64,000 nt of DNA from Chiloscyllium plagiosum (GCF_004010195.1 NC_057749.1:22092045-22156044), one strand, 5' to 3'. Counted from the stretch's first letter, positions 36,865-49,445 are shown. Translations and numbers: made by a program. Notes: generated by a model not told the origin, from the sequence alone.

Positions 36865-37307
36865 GATTCAGGTGCAGGGTGTGGCGGAGAGTGAGGAGCT
36901 GTGTGTGACGGAGCTGAAGGTGGAGAGTAGGAAAGCACTGAACAGCGTTACCTTGACTAAGCTCTGGCAAGGTACAGCCGGCAAGAAGCTGCTCAGTGAC
37001 CTCCCCACACACCCACCTCGTCGCCTCTCTCCCTCCAAAGCACCCACCTGAGCACCGACATCCGGGGCTGGAGGGTGGTCTCAGTGAAACTGAGCTAAGA
37101 TGGGCCCCTCCCACACTTCAGCCCCCAGAGTACAGAGCATCCACAGCCAGAATACATCACCCGCCACTCCCCTCTCCCCCATCACGAGGTGCTGGCTGTC
37201 TTTTAGACAGTCAGAAAGGGTCCCACTGTATTCATTGCAAACCAGTGAGCAGCCAAGGATGGCACACATGGGTGATGCCAGCTGTATCTCCTGCTCACGA
37301 GGCATGG

Positions 37308-37668
37308 ATTATAAATACAAGGGGCATGGATAGGGTGAATTGCCAAATGTCTTTTCCCTGGGGTGGGGGGAGTCCAGAACTAGAGAGCATAGGTTTAGGG
37401 TGAGAGGGGAAAAATATAAAGGAGACCTAAGGGGCAACTTTTTCACACAGAGAGTGGTGTGTATGGAATGAGCTGCCAGAGGAAGTGGTGGAGGCTGGTA
37501 CCATTACAACATTTAAAAGGCATCTGGATGGGGACGTGAACAGGAAGGGTTAGAGGGATATGGGCCGGGTACTGGTAAATGGGACTAGATTGGGTTGGGT
37601 TATCTGGTCGGCACGGACGGGTTGGGCTGAAGGGTCTGTTTCCATGCTGTACATCTCTATGACTCTAT
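37308..37668 (+). mobile_element. CR1/HER1 3' fragment
   Basis: Matches 4615-5012 in reverse complement; tail CTCTATGACTCTA. Older CR1 scraps follow to about 38400. Confidence 0.9.
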
Positions 37669-38399
37669 AAAGAAGTATTGTTGTGTCCAGTTTTGATCTC
37701 TTTACTTTGAAGAAGGGTATAATGGAGACAGTTCAGGGGAGGTTCACCAGGTTGGTTCCAGGGAAGAAAGGGCTGTCATACAAAGAGCAGTTGAATAATT
37801 GTACTCACTGGAGTTCCGAAGAATGAAGGGGATCAGATGGAGGTATATATCAAATGCTAAGGGCGGACTCTTTAATATTTTAGGATCTCTGTGAAGATCC
37901 AAGCCATGGGGAAGTCATGGTGTCAGAAAAGGTTACACATATAAAATGATAAGGTGGACATTGAACACATGTTCATACCTGTCGGACAGTCTCAAACAAC
38001 AGGGCATAGGTATAGAGTGAGAGGAGGTAGATTCAAAACTGAGATGAGGAGAAACGAGGGTTATGAATGTGGGATATAGATGAATTAATGTTATTTCTGC
38101 AACTATAAATTTTGATACAGAACAAGAATGAGGAAATATATATATTCAGCTAAAAAAATGATATGTTAGCATGAGACATGATTATAGCATTTGTCATTGT
38201 CTTACCTGGCATTAGACATGGCACCCACTTGCAAGTGTACAAGTAAACGACACTGTTTCAGATTTTTGGTCTCGGACTGAAATTATTGAAGTGAGTGAGC
38301 TTTTGTTTCTCACATGAATCTGTGGAACTCACTGCCCCAGAGTGCAGTAGAGGCAGAATCAATCAGTAGATTCAAGAAGGAAATTGATGTGTTTCTGAC

Positions 38400-39060
38400 C
38401 AGGCCCACTGTCAAGGAAAAGCCGCCAGCATTCTCAAAGATCCATCCTGCCCTGGCAATGTTTTTCCACAACCTCTACCATTGGGGAGAAGGTACAGAAG
38501 CCTGAACACACACACACACACACGCACACACATACGCACACAAACATGCCGGTTTCATAACAGTTTCTACCCTACTGTTGTTAGGATACTGAACGGGCTC
38601 ACAAACAGCACTGTGGCTCAGTAGTTAGCATTGCTGCCTCACAACGCCAGGGACCTGGTTTCAATTCCAGCCTCGGGCAACTAGCTGTGTGGAGTTTGCA
38701 CATTTTCCCTGCGTCTGCGTGGGTTTCCTCCCAAAGTCCAAAGATGTGCAGGTTAGGTGAATTGGCTGTGCTAAATTGCCCCTAGTGTTAGGTGTAGGGG
38801 TAAAATGTAGGGGAATGGGTTTGGGTGGGTTGCTCTTTGGAGGGTTGGTGTGGACTTGTTGGGCCGAAGGGCCTGTTTCCACACTGTAGAGCATCTAATT
38901 TGCCTGTACCTGTGTGTTTTGTTTTTGCTGCTGTTTACCTATTATTTACTTATCTCTACCACTTAACTCTGTGATCTGCCTGTATTGCTCGCAAGGCAAA
39001 GCTTTTCACTGTGCCTCGGTACACGGGACGATAAATTCAATTCAATTCAAATTCAATTCA
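38400..39060 (+). mobile_element. Rex1-like LINE 3' end with nested HE1 SINE (38608-38897)
   Basis: ACAGTTTCTACCCTACTGTTGTTAGGATACTGAA; tail GCTTTTCACTGT..GTACAC..GATAAA(TTCAA)n. Confidence 0.8.
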
Positions 39061-39123
39061 AAAGCGAGGTAGAGTGGAGCAGGCAGGAGAGCGGAGTTGA
39101 GACCAGGCTGAGGTCAGCCCATT

Positions 39124-39336
39124 AGGTAAAAACAATGACTGCAGATGCTGGAAACCAGATTCTGGATTAGTGGTGCTGGAAGAGCACAGCAATTCAGGCA
39201 GCATCCGAGGACAGGCAAAATCGACGTTTCGGGCAAAAGCCCTTCCTGATGAAGGGCTTTTGCCCGAAACGTCGATTTTGCCTGTCCTCGGATACTGCCT
39301 GAATTGCTGTGCTCTTCCAGCACCACTAATCCAGAA
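39124..39336. mobile_element. Hairpin-type PLE derivative with 15-bp TSD
   Basis: TSD TGAGGTCAGCCCATT at 39109-39123 and 39337-39351; 87-bp inverted arms. Confidence 0.93.
39246..39273 (+). ncRNA. Minimal hammerhead core motif
   Basis: CUGAUGA-A-GGGC(UUUU)GCCC-GAAAC-GUC. Confidence 0.6.
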
Positions 39337-40558
39337 TGAGGTCAGCCCATTGAATGGCGGAGTGGGCTGGGAGGGCTGAACAGCCTCCTCCTGTTCCTAC
39401 TTCCCGTGATTGTGGGACAGTACCAATACCACAGAGGCCCAGCATCGACAGAGTGCCAGCGTCGAGCATTTAACTCCGTGAAATGCCCCCACTGAGGGAG
39501 CCGCTGGGTCACACCGTCTCTAACTAACCCATTAATGATTCCAGATGAGTAAATCTTTCCGATTATTAAGGAGCTCTGAAGTCTGTGCGGGCCGCACAAG
39601 GCAAAACAAAAGAGCAGCCCTCGTTAATGGTCAACGTGAGTATATTTTACGCTGTTCATTATCACCAGTGAATCCAGGGAAACAGGAAAGATGAAGCATT
39701 CATTGCAAAGTGTTTAGGCAGCATTCTGCAAGCATATCAAATGCTGAGCTCAGTGCCTTTGGTGGCTGCATTCTCAAACACTGCTTTAACTCTCAGTGGG
39801 TCATTCATTTATTTCCCCTCTCCCTCCAGTTAATAACTCGGTGAATAATATTATTCTAATTATATCAGCCCAATCAGCACTATTGCATGTCCAAGGCTCA
39901 TTTCCATTAGTTTAAGCTTTGTCTTTCCATACTGTCAGTCTAATTCAATGAGACAGCAAACATTTTCACTGACCCAGGACACTGAGGTGAGGCAGCTTTA
40001 CCCTTCCAATCTATTAACCCGACACTGTAATCGTCTCTGTCACTCGCTGCATGATAAATAGCATAGTTCCACCGCAAACGACTTAATGTGTGAGGAGTAT
40101 ATTTTGCCCATATATCAATATGTGTTTAGTTTGTAGGGTGTGTCAATGCTTTGGGTAATCAGTCCTCATTCCCAAATGACAAAGAGGCGTTGGAAATGCT
40201 TTAGCTAAAATCTAGACTGGAAACATTAGCTCTCTCTTTCTCTCCACGGATGCTGCCTGACCCGTTGTGAGGACCAGCATTTTTTTTTTGTTTTCGGTAA
40301 AGATTCCAGCAGTAATTTGCACTGACATTCTTATTCTGGCTCTGTTATCCCATGATTGTGGAATTTGCGGCATGTTTTTGCAATGACGTGTGGGGTGACA
40401 CGGGTCAGGAAGTTTATAGTTGAATATCTAGTCCTCACAGCCACATGGATATATTAGCTAGTCATGATATCACTGTTGCTTGTGGGATCTTGCTGTGTTG
40501 AAAATGCAGTGACTACGTTTCAAACCTGTGAATTGGTTGAGAAGCCATGAGCTGATTG

Positions 40559-40860
40559 GGCAGCACAGTGGTTAGCACTGCTGCCTCACAGCGCCAGAGA
40601 CCCGGGTTCAATTCCCGCTTCAGGCGACTATCTGTGTGGAGTTTGCACGTTCTCCCCGTGTCTGCGTGGGTTTCCTCCGGGTGCTCCGGTTTCCTCCCAC
40701 AGTCCAAAAAAATGTGCAGGTTAGGTGAATTGGCCGTGCTAAATTGCCCGTAGTGTTAGGTGAAGGGGTAAATGTAGGGGAATGGGTCTGGGTGGGTTGC
40801 GTTGGTGTGGACTTGTTGGGCCGAAGGGCCTGTTTCCACACTGTAAGTAATCTAATCTAA
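40559..40860 (+). mobile_element. HE1-type V-SINE, next to a DeuSINE-like tail remnant (about 40450-40525)
   Basis: Head, V-domain and (TCTAA)n tail. Confidence 0.92.
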
Positions 40861-40974
40861 TGATGAAAGGTGATATCAAGTTACAACTCATATTCCTCCT
40901 GGAGTAGAGACTCCAAGTTAAGGTCCTTAAACTTTCCCTGGGGCCTGTGAGTGAATGTTCCTGGCAATGGCCCC

Positions 40975-41125
40975 AACTCCGAACACTGGGAAAAGCTCCC
41001 ACCCCCAGCACTGGGAATGGTTCACCCAACACTGGGAATAACCACCAAACCCAACACTGGGAATGGTCCCTAAGCCCCCACACCCAGCAGGAATGGTTGT
41101 GAACCCCAAACCCACTGCTGGGATT
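40975..41125. repeat. Short degenerate tandem repeat built on CACTGGGAAT
   Basis: Six to seven spaced occurrences. Confidence 0.7.
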
Positions 41126-42044
41126 GTGATTCTCTCATCTCTGGGTATAACCCCTCCCTCCCAACCATGGGGAGTTGTACCCTAATTGTCCCCCTCCCCC
41201 CACCACCATTCAGCTTGGGCCCCAACCCCACACTGTGGGCAATGCTTGTTTGCTCACTGTTGGGAATGGCCTACCTGCAACACCAGTCCCTCCCCCCAGC
41301 ACCCGCCCAATCCCCCACCCCAAGTATCCCACTGAGTGTGCATCTCTGCCTTCAACATACTCCCGTCCCCAAACCACCCACAGTGTGTGTAGAACCAGTC
41401 ACAACGTTGTGGGTTCAGAGGAAAATAACGTCAACTGTGTAGGAGGTGGGGGGGGTTATCATCTTACATCCCCCTCCCCCACTCCTGCACATGAAGCCCC
41501 TGAGGACCCCAGGGAAATCAGATGGGCTTGCTTCTTCACCTGCCTCATTTTTGCTCCCAGCACCATCCAGGGGGATATAAGCATCACATTTCATCTTAAA
41601 ACTGCTTCATTCAAACTCTGTGTAACAGATTAGGTGAATCCCAACACTGCTCACTTTGTGAAAGCAGATTATGTGACCGGTGCAGAAACACACCGACACC
41701 CTCCCAGCTACAGATTAGCTCCAGCTCTTGTAAAAAGCTCTTGCGCCAGTCGGGCTGACGTTTATTAAAACAACTTGAGGAAACTCATCAGCTGACTTTC
41801 ATTTTTGCAAATTCAGTTTTGTGAGGCAGAAGAATATTCCTTTAAGCTGCATCATTTGCTCTGATTTTGCCAGACCCAATAACATTAAATCCTTTGGAAA
41901 CACTGGATGATTTACTTTATGCGACTGGACTCAATTATCTCATGTACAAATCGACCAGAGCTGAAAAAAAATCTAATTAATATGCCACAAAAGTCAGAAT
42001 AAACCTTTCAAAAGCCCAAAGGCCAATCCTGCTCTAGAGGATGT

Positions 42045-42505
42045 CCTCTCACTCTCTCCTGTTATGTCTCTCATGCTCTTTATCCCTCTATATCTCTCAC
42101 TCTCTCTTTCTCTCTCAATCTCTCTAGTCTCTCACTGTGTGTCTTTGTCTCTCTCTCCTTTCTCTCTTCCTACTTCTACCTTACACTTACTGTATCTCCC
42201 TTTCTAACTGTTTATCTCTCGCCTCTCTCTCTGCTTCTGTCTCACTGTCTCTCTCACCTCTCTCTTTTTCTGTCTCTCTCTCTCTCTGTCTAGGTCTCTC
42301 TCTTACAGTCTCTATCTCACTCTCTTTCCATCATCTCTCACTCTGTCCCTTTGTATCTCCCCCTCCCATCTTCATTTTTCTCTCTGTCTCTGCATCTCTG
42401 TCTCTGTCTCTCTCTCTCTCCCACTCACAATGTCACTTTTTTCTCTCTCTTCCTCTGTGTCTCTGTGTCTTTCTCTCTATCTCTGTGCCTCTGTCTCTGT
42501 CTCTA
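42045..42505. repeat. (CT)-rich low-complexity tract
   Basis: Composition. Confidence 0.95.
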
Positions 42506-42705
42506 TCCGGTTTCCTCCCATAATCCAATGATGTGCAGGTCAGGGTGAATTGGCTATGCTAAATTGCCCATAGTGTTAGGTGCATAAGTCAGGGGGAAAT
42601 GTAGGGGAATGGGTCTGGGTGGGTTACTCTTCGGAGGGTCGGTGTGGACTTGTTGGGCCGAAGGGCCTGTTTCCATACTGTAGGGAATCTAATCTAATCT
42701 AATCT
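42506..42705 (+). mobile_element. 5'-truncated HE1 SINE
   Basis: 3' half plus (AATCT)n. Confidence 0.88.
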
Positions 42706-42799
42706 CTCTCTCCCTCTTTCTCTATCTCTGTGTCTCACTCACTGTTTCTCTTTCTGTGTGTCTCTATCTGCATCTCCTTCTGATAAATGCTGGGAGAGT

Positions 42800-43050
42800 T
42801 GGTAGGAAGGACACATTGGCGTTGTTGTTATGATTGGCAGAGCGATGAAGAATAGTGACTCTGACATTGGTGGGTTTGGCAGGGCAGTGGTGGGGTGACA
42901 TTTTGAACAGGAGCAACAGATAAAGAACAAAGATGGACTTACTTTCGTTCAGTTATTCAAAATGGCGCCAGATCATGGCGACAGTTGAAGCTTTTCACTG
43001 TATTTTCTCTTAAGTACAAGTTAGAATATTCATTTGATTCAATTAAACTC
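42800..43050 (+). mobile_element. 3' remnant of the retroposon family at 21316-22374
   Basis: AAAATGGCGCCAGA..TGGCGAC..GCTTTTCACTGTA matches 22292-22340. Confidence 0.55.
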
Positions 43051-43239
43051 AAAATAATTCAAGGGAAGGGTGGGAGGTGCATTTTGTGGTTTTCTGTATG
43101 AAGATATATCACAAAGACTGTCATCTCCTTAAGGCAGCTATCTTGAAGTTTATTAACAACATTGTCAATTAAACAGCATCGCAGATTCAAATGCTAGGCT
43201 AATCTTTCATGCCAGGCAGGTTTTTCTGTACATAGGAGT

Positions 43240-43563
43240 TGTAGAATCTCTGCAGTTTGGAAACAGGCCATTCAGCCCAACAAGTCCACACCGACCCTCA
43301 AAGAGTAACCCACCCCATTTCCCTTACACTTATCTCTGACTAATGCACCTAACCTACACATCCCTGAACACTATGGGCTATTTAACATGGCCAATCCACC
43401 TTAACATCTTTGGACTGTGGGAGGAAACCGGAGCACCCGGAGGAAACCCACGCAGACACGGGGAGAATGTGCAAACTCCACACAGACGGTCGTCCGAGGC
43501 TGGAATCGAACCCAGGCCCCAGGCGCTGTGAAGCTGCAGTGCTAACCACTGAGCCACCATGCC
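43240..43563 (-). mobile_element. HE1-type V-SINE
   Basis: Reverse-complement match. Confidence 0.9.
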
Positions 43564-43936
43564 TGAGGAGCTCACAGAATCCCTATTGTAGCAGATTCCT
43601 GAGGAATTATCTGGGAAATTGAAGATTCCACTGAGTAATTCCCCTGCTCCTGAAATCCCCTCAAAGTCTCCATTTCAATCTGTAGTTCCACTACAGTTAA
43701 GTAAATCTTTACTCAGGGAACGTTCAGTGAATCTAACTCCTGACTAACTGTTCAATTAACCCCAATTTAACTTACTACACTTCCTTATACCCTCCAGGTC
43801 ATTCCCAACCCTCTCCCCTGAGGACCTGACGTGACCCTCCTCCAACACCTGCTCCCTCCCACTCTGTCTGACCTAACCAGCGTGCCTTGCTGCTGGACCC
43901 AACACCTCCCTTCAATAAGGGCCTGACACTGTTCAT

Positions 43937-45060
43937 CACAGAGTCATAGAGTCATACAGCATGGAAACAGACCCTTTAGCCCAACCCGCCCACACCAAAC
44001 AGGTTTCCCAAACTAAACTAGTCCCACTTGCCTGCATTTAGCTGATATCCTTCTAAACCTTTCTGTTCATATACCGATCCAAATGCCTCTTAAATGTTGC
44101 AATTGTACCATCCTCCATCATTTCCTCTGGCAGCTCATTCCATCCACTCACCACCCTCTGTGTGAAAAAGTTACCCCTCAGGTCCCTTTTAAATCTTGCC
44201 CCTCTCACCTTAAACCTATGCCCTCTAGTTTTGAACTACCCTACCTGGAGGAGAAGACTTTGACTATTTACCCTATCCCTACCCCTCATGATTTTATAAA
44301 CTATTATAAGGTCATCCCTCCGAAGCTCCAGGGAAAAAAACCCTAGCCTATCCAGCCTCTCCTTATAGTGTAAACCCTCCAGGCCCAGAAATACCCTGAT
44401 GAAGGGCTTATGCCTGAAACGTCGATTCTCCTGCTCCTTGGATGTTGCCTGACCTGCTGCGCTTTTCCAGCAACACATTTTTCAGCTCTTACCTCCAGCA
44501 TCTGCAGTCCTCACTTTCTCCTTCCAGAAATATCCTTGCAAATATTTTTAGACCGTCTCCAATTTAATAACCCCCCTTCCTATAGCAGGGGGCAGCTCAT
44601 TCCATCCACTCACCACCCTCTGTGTGAAAAAGTTACCCCTCGGGTCCCTTTTAAATCTTGCCCCTCTCACCTTAAACCTATGCCCTCTAGTTTTGAACTC
44701 CCCTACCTGGAGGAGAAGACTTTGACTATTTACCCTATCCCTACCCCTCATGATTTTATAAACCATTATAAGGTCATCCCTCCGAAGCTCCAGGGAAAAA
44801 AAACCCTAGCCTATCCAGCCTCTCCTTATAGTGTAAACCCTCCAGGCCCAGAAATATCCTGATGAAGGGCTTATGCCTGAAACGTCGATTCTCCTGCTCC
44901 TTGGATGTTGCCTGAACTGCTGCGCTTTTCCAGCAACACATTTTTCAGCTCTTACCTCCAGCATCTGCAGTCCTCACTTTCTCCTTCCAGCAATATCCTT
45001 GCAAATATTTTTAGACCGTCTCCAATTTAATAACCCCCCTTCCTATAGCAGGGTGCACCA
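43937..45060 (-). mobile_element. CR1 3' fragment with nested PLE derivative, partly duplicated
   Basis: RGNFFTQRVVSGWNELP; the PLE piece is flanked by CCAGAAATA(T/C)CCT. Confidence 0.88.
44129..45053. repeat. 462-bp head-to-tail duplication (44129-44590 and 44591-45053)
   Basis: Near-identical copies, each with a hammerhead core (44396-44423 and 44859-44886). Confidence 0.97.
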
Positions 45061-45547
45061 CCTCCCCCACCACTGCTACCCCCGAGACCTGACCCCCAGT
45101 CACCACCTGTCAGACGTAATATCTTCTACAATCCTCTGAGCTGCCTGAAACACCCCATCGCTTGTATGCACCCTTGCCATTGGTATCACAGTGACTGGCA
45201 CTCTGCCCCCTGGCACCCTGATTTCATGGCCTCCAATACCCGCAACACCCAATCCCAACATCCTAACCCCTATCCATTGACACCTACCCACCTGGAACAC
45301 TACATACTTGGCACCATCCCCTACCTGCACTACACCCTACTTACAAGACCCTTTCCCCTTTTGGCACCATACTCTCCCATCACCCTAAACTCATGGCCAG
45401 CTGATGTAGCTACTTTGCCTGTGATTACATAATACAGCATGGAGCTGCTGTGAGAGAGGGAATATGGTTTGTTTCCCCCACACTGAGGGAGCTATCATAG
45501 TAGGGGTATTTCCTGAGGGAGCCTTGATCAGAATCTATCAGCACTGT

Positions 45548-45875
45548 GTAGAACCCCTATAGTGCGGAAGCAGGCCATTCAGCCCATAAAGCCCATATCG
45601 ACCCTCCGGACAGCATTCCACCCTGACCTATCCTTTCTCTGTAACCCTGCATTTCCCATGGCTCACCCACATAACCTGGACACTATGGGAAAGTTAGCAT
45701 AGCCAGTTCACCTGACCTGCACATCTTTGGACTGCGGGAGGAAACCAGAGCACCAGGAGGAAACTCACGCAGACACGGGGAGAATGTGCAAACTCCACAC
45801 GGACAGTCACCTGAGGCTGGAATCGAACCCAGGTCCCTGATGCTGTGAGGCAGCAGTGCTCACCACTGAGCTGCC
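45548..45875 (-). mobile_element. HE1-type V-SINE
   Basis: Reverse-complement match. Confidence 0.85.
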
Positions 45876-46170
45876 TTCCCATTTGGCAAAAATGAGCAGA
45901 TTGTCAATGTGTGTGAGATTGCTCCTCGTTGGAACATCCAACCCATCTTCCTCTGGGTCCTGTGTTTACTATGTTGCTACACGTCAGATACACACAGCTG
46001 CCTGAGTGACTGAAGACACTACCCTGACTCTGTGACACAGAGGGAGTAACTGAACAGGAGGGGGTGCCTTTATTCTGGAACATCATGGAACTGCCTTCAA
46101 GGTACGTTGCCCCGTGTGTGTGTCCTTTATCTGTGGGACACCTGCCAGAAATAGGCCTGTGGATGACCTT

Positions 46171-46336
46171 TTTTTATTTTATTAAACAATTACAAAACAG
46201 TTTACAAAGAACAGGTAACATTTACAGCTGTATACAAGAGACAGCAATTTTACAAGGGAGAGGAGCAGCAAAACCAGGCCCCCAAACCCGACAGTTCAAC
46301 CAGTTTATAGGGACATGAGGACAAACCTCAAATCCT
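46171..46336 (-). mobile_element. Short poly(A)-tailed L1/Tx1-type insertion with 15-bp TSD
   Basis: TSD CCTGTGGATGACCTT at 46156-46170 and 46337-46351; T-run at the left end. Confidence 0.8.
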
Positions 46337-46789
46337 CCTGTGGATGACCTTCCTCACTGCCATGAATTTAAGGTGATCAAGTGACCTTAAGTGATCAATT
46401 AACAACATTTGGTGGCTTGGTGACAGTAAGGTCTGCAGATGCTGGAAGTAGAAGTCAATAGATATGAAGCTGGAAAAGCACAGAAACATTGACTCCTCGG
46501 AATCTGTCTGACCTGCTGTGTTTTTCCAGCTCTTGACAACAACATTTGGTGGCCACATTCCAACCGGGCCACAATTACTTTGGCTCCAGGCCAGAAGTTA
46601 TTCCAGTGCCAACAGACTGTGGGGTTCAGGGTGGGGTGTTGGTGGGTAGGGGGAGGTGTCTGTGTGGAGTTTGCACGATTCTCCTCGTGTCTGGGTGGGT
46701 TTCCTCCCACGGTCCAAAGATGTGCAGGTGAGGTGGATTGGAGGAGCTGGTCATCGGCTTCAGGAAGTGGAATGGAGGGCACAACCCAT

Positions 46790-47420
46790 CTGGATTAGTG
46801 ATGGAGCTTCAAGTTCCTGGGAGTAACTATCACCAACGATCTGTCCTGGTCTATCCACATCGACGCTACAGTCAAGAAGGCAGACCATGCCCCTAATTCC
46901 TCAGGAGGCTAAGGAAATTCAGCAAGTCCACAACGACTCTTCTCAAGTTTTATAGATGCACCATAGAAAGTATCCTATCTGGATGTATCACGGCTTGGTT
47001 TGGCAACTGCTCTGCTCCGGACTGAAAAAAACAACAGCCCAGTCCATCAGGAAAACCAGCCTTCCATCCATTGGCTCCATCTACACTTCCCATTGCCTCG
47101 GGAAAGCAGCCAAAGACCCCTCCCCCTCCAATTATACCCTCTTCCACCCTCTTCCATTGGGCAGAAGATACAAAAGTTTGAAAACACATAGCAACAGATT
47201 CAAGAACAGCTTCTTCCCCGCTGCTATCAGACTTATCAACGGACCTCTCATAAATGAGAGTTGATCTTTCTCTGCGCCCTCTCTGTCGCTGAAACACTAT
47301 ATTCTACAGCATGTTCTATTACCCTGGTGTAGTTATGTAAGGAATGAATTGCCTGGACAGCACAACAAACAATACTGTTCACTGTATTTCGTGGCAACAA
47401 CAAATCAAATCAAATAAATT
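46790..47420 (+). mobile_element. Rex1/Babar-like LINE 3' fragment
   Basis: SFKFLGVTITNDLSW, FYRCTIESILSGCITAWFGNC, RFKNSFFPAAIRL; (CAAAT)n tail. Confidence 0.88.
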
Positions 47421-47599
47421 CTATGATAGAGAATTTTAAAAACATATCGAGCCACTGTCATGAGCTGCCCCTTCATTTTGAGGATGACGTCCCCTCAGAG
47501 TTATGGGTTTCTGCTGTGGGCCTTCCTGTTGTATGTGTTGTGGAACAAATCTCTAGAAGATAAAGTCTGGGGTTGAGTGCTGCCAGCAATTCTCCTTCC

Positions 47600-47776
47600 A
47601 ATTTTCTTTCGCCCCATACTACTGCCTAACAGCGGGAGTGCTTATTTTTCCCCAGCACCCATGTCGTGTGTGTGCAGGTGTGGGAAACAGTGAAGAACAA
47701 ACACGTGCGTAAATCTTTATTTATATTCCACCACGAGGAAGAAAGGAAACACCAGGGTGGCCAGTGCCAAGTAGTG
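47600..47776 (-). mobile_element. Tx1-type 3' UTR fragment, same family as 6644-7025
   Basis: Homologous to 6670-6835; GCAATTCTCCTT on both flanks. Confidence 0.8.
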
Positions 47777-48129
47777 GCAATTCTCCTTTCCATACTGCTT
47801 CGAGAGCATGTGTCTGGTTAACAATAATCAATTGGTAAATCTGAACAATAAGAAGTATTTGCCATAACAAGGTGTTGATTACTTCATGATAGTAATAGAT
47901 ACATGTTTGATTGGTTAGTTGAACATAATATCAGGAACCAGAGGTGACTTGTTCAAAAACATCAGGACCTTGAGCTGCACTCTGATTCTCCGACCAAGAC
48001 ATCAACTTGTGGAGGAAAGCTTGATACAGACTTCAACACTAACTCTTTCAGAACTATTGCTTTAGTAAATATCTTCCCCCAAGCATCATTCCCTGTAGTT
48101 ACCATTTCTACATTCAGGTATATAATTAA

Positions 48130-48662
48130 AGTCACAGAGATGCATAGCATGATATCATTCTGACCAGATATCCTAGTCCCATTTGCCAGCATTTGACACA
48201 AAGTCCGCTATGATATCATTCTGACCAGATATCCTAGTCCCATTTGCCAGCATTTGACACAAAGTCCGCTAAATCCGTCCAATTCATATACCCATCCAGA
48301 TGGCTTTTAAATGTTGCAATTGTACCAACCTCCACCACTTCCTCTGGCAGTTCATTCCATACATGCACCACCCTCTGTGTGAAAACGTTGCCCCTTACAT
48401 CCCTTTTATACCTTTTCTCTCTGACCTTAAACCTATGTCCTCTAGTTCTGGAATCCCCTACCCTGGGGAAAAGACCTTGACTATTTACCCTATCCATGTC
48501 CCTCATAATTTTGTAAACCTCGATAAGGTCACCCCCTCAGCTCCGACGCTCCAGGGAAAACAGCCCCAACCTGTTCAGCCTCTCCCTGTAGCTCAAATCC
48601 TCCAACCCTGGCAACATCCTTGTAAGTCTTTTCTGAACCCTTTCAAGATTGACAACATCTTT
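48130..48662 (-). mobile_element. CR1/HER1 3' fragment with internal 61-bp tandem duplication (48149-48270)
   Basis: RGNVFTQRVVHVWNELPEEVVE; exact 61-bp repeat. Confidence 0.9.
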
Positions 48663-49130
48663 TTACATTGACATTTACCACTATTCCATTTGCCAGCAAG
48701 TCTCTGACATCATAGATGTGGGCAGTCTGGAGATTACACAATTTTTCCAGAATAAGTTTACTCTGGACTCAACAAATTGCTGGTTGGCTTGGAGATTGTT
48801 GACCTCTATTCTGATTGCCTACAGCTCATTACTCATTAGGCAATCTCTTCTCAATGGGAACTCCTTCCTGGATGATGCTGGTGCCTGTTAAACTCAGTCG
48901 TTGGTCCATTATCTCATCCAGCCGACCCTTATTCTCCTGAATTCCCATCAGAAAACGACTCTTCCCCGATAACTCATGAAGTTACCCCATAACATCATCC
49001 AGGGGCTTCTATGATCTGCTGAATGTCCATCTTTGGAAATTATTACTCAGTGGAAACAAATATTTTCATCCTGAATTTTTAGACCAAGCAACCTCCTCTC
49101 ATTGACCATATCCTATATCCATGGGCAACG

Positions 49131-49445
49131 TCATAGAATCCCTAAAGTGCGAAACCAGGCCCTTCAACCCAACAAGTCCACACCGACCCTCTGAAGAGTA
49201 TCTCACCCAAACCCATTCCCCTACTTTTATCCCTAACCTACACATCCCTGAACACGATGAGCAAATTAGCATGGTCAATGCACATCTTTGGATTGCGGTA
49301 AGAAACCAGATCACCCAGATGAAACCCACGCAGATACAGGGAGAACGTGCAAACTCCACACAGACAGTTGCCCGAGGCTGGATTCGAACCTGGGTCCCTG
49401 GTGCTGGGAGGCAGCAGTGCTAACCACTGAGCCACCGTGCCGCCC
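49131..49445 (-). mobile_element. HE1-type V-SINE
   Basis: Reverse-complement match. Confidence 0.88.

Noticed and set aside
42137..42548. Leu/Ser-rich membrane-like ORFs, and His/Thr or Cys/Val ORFs at 53397-57000 and 63547-63914
   Set aside because: Translations of microsatellites.
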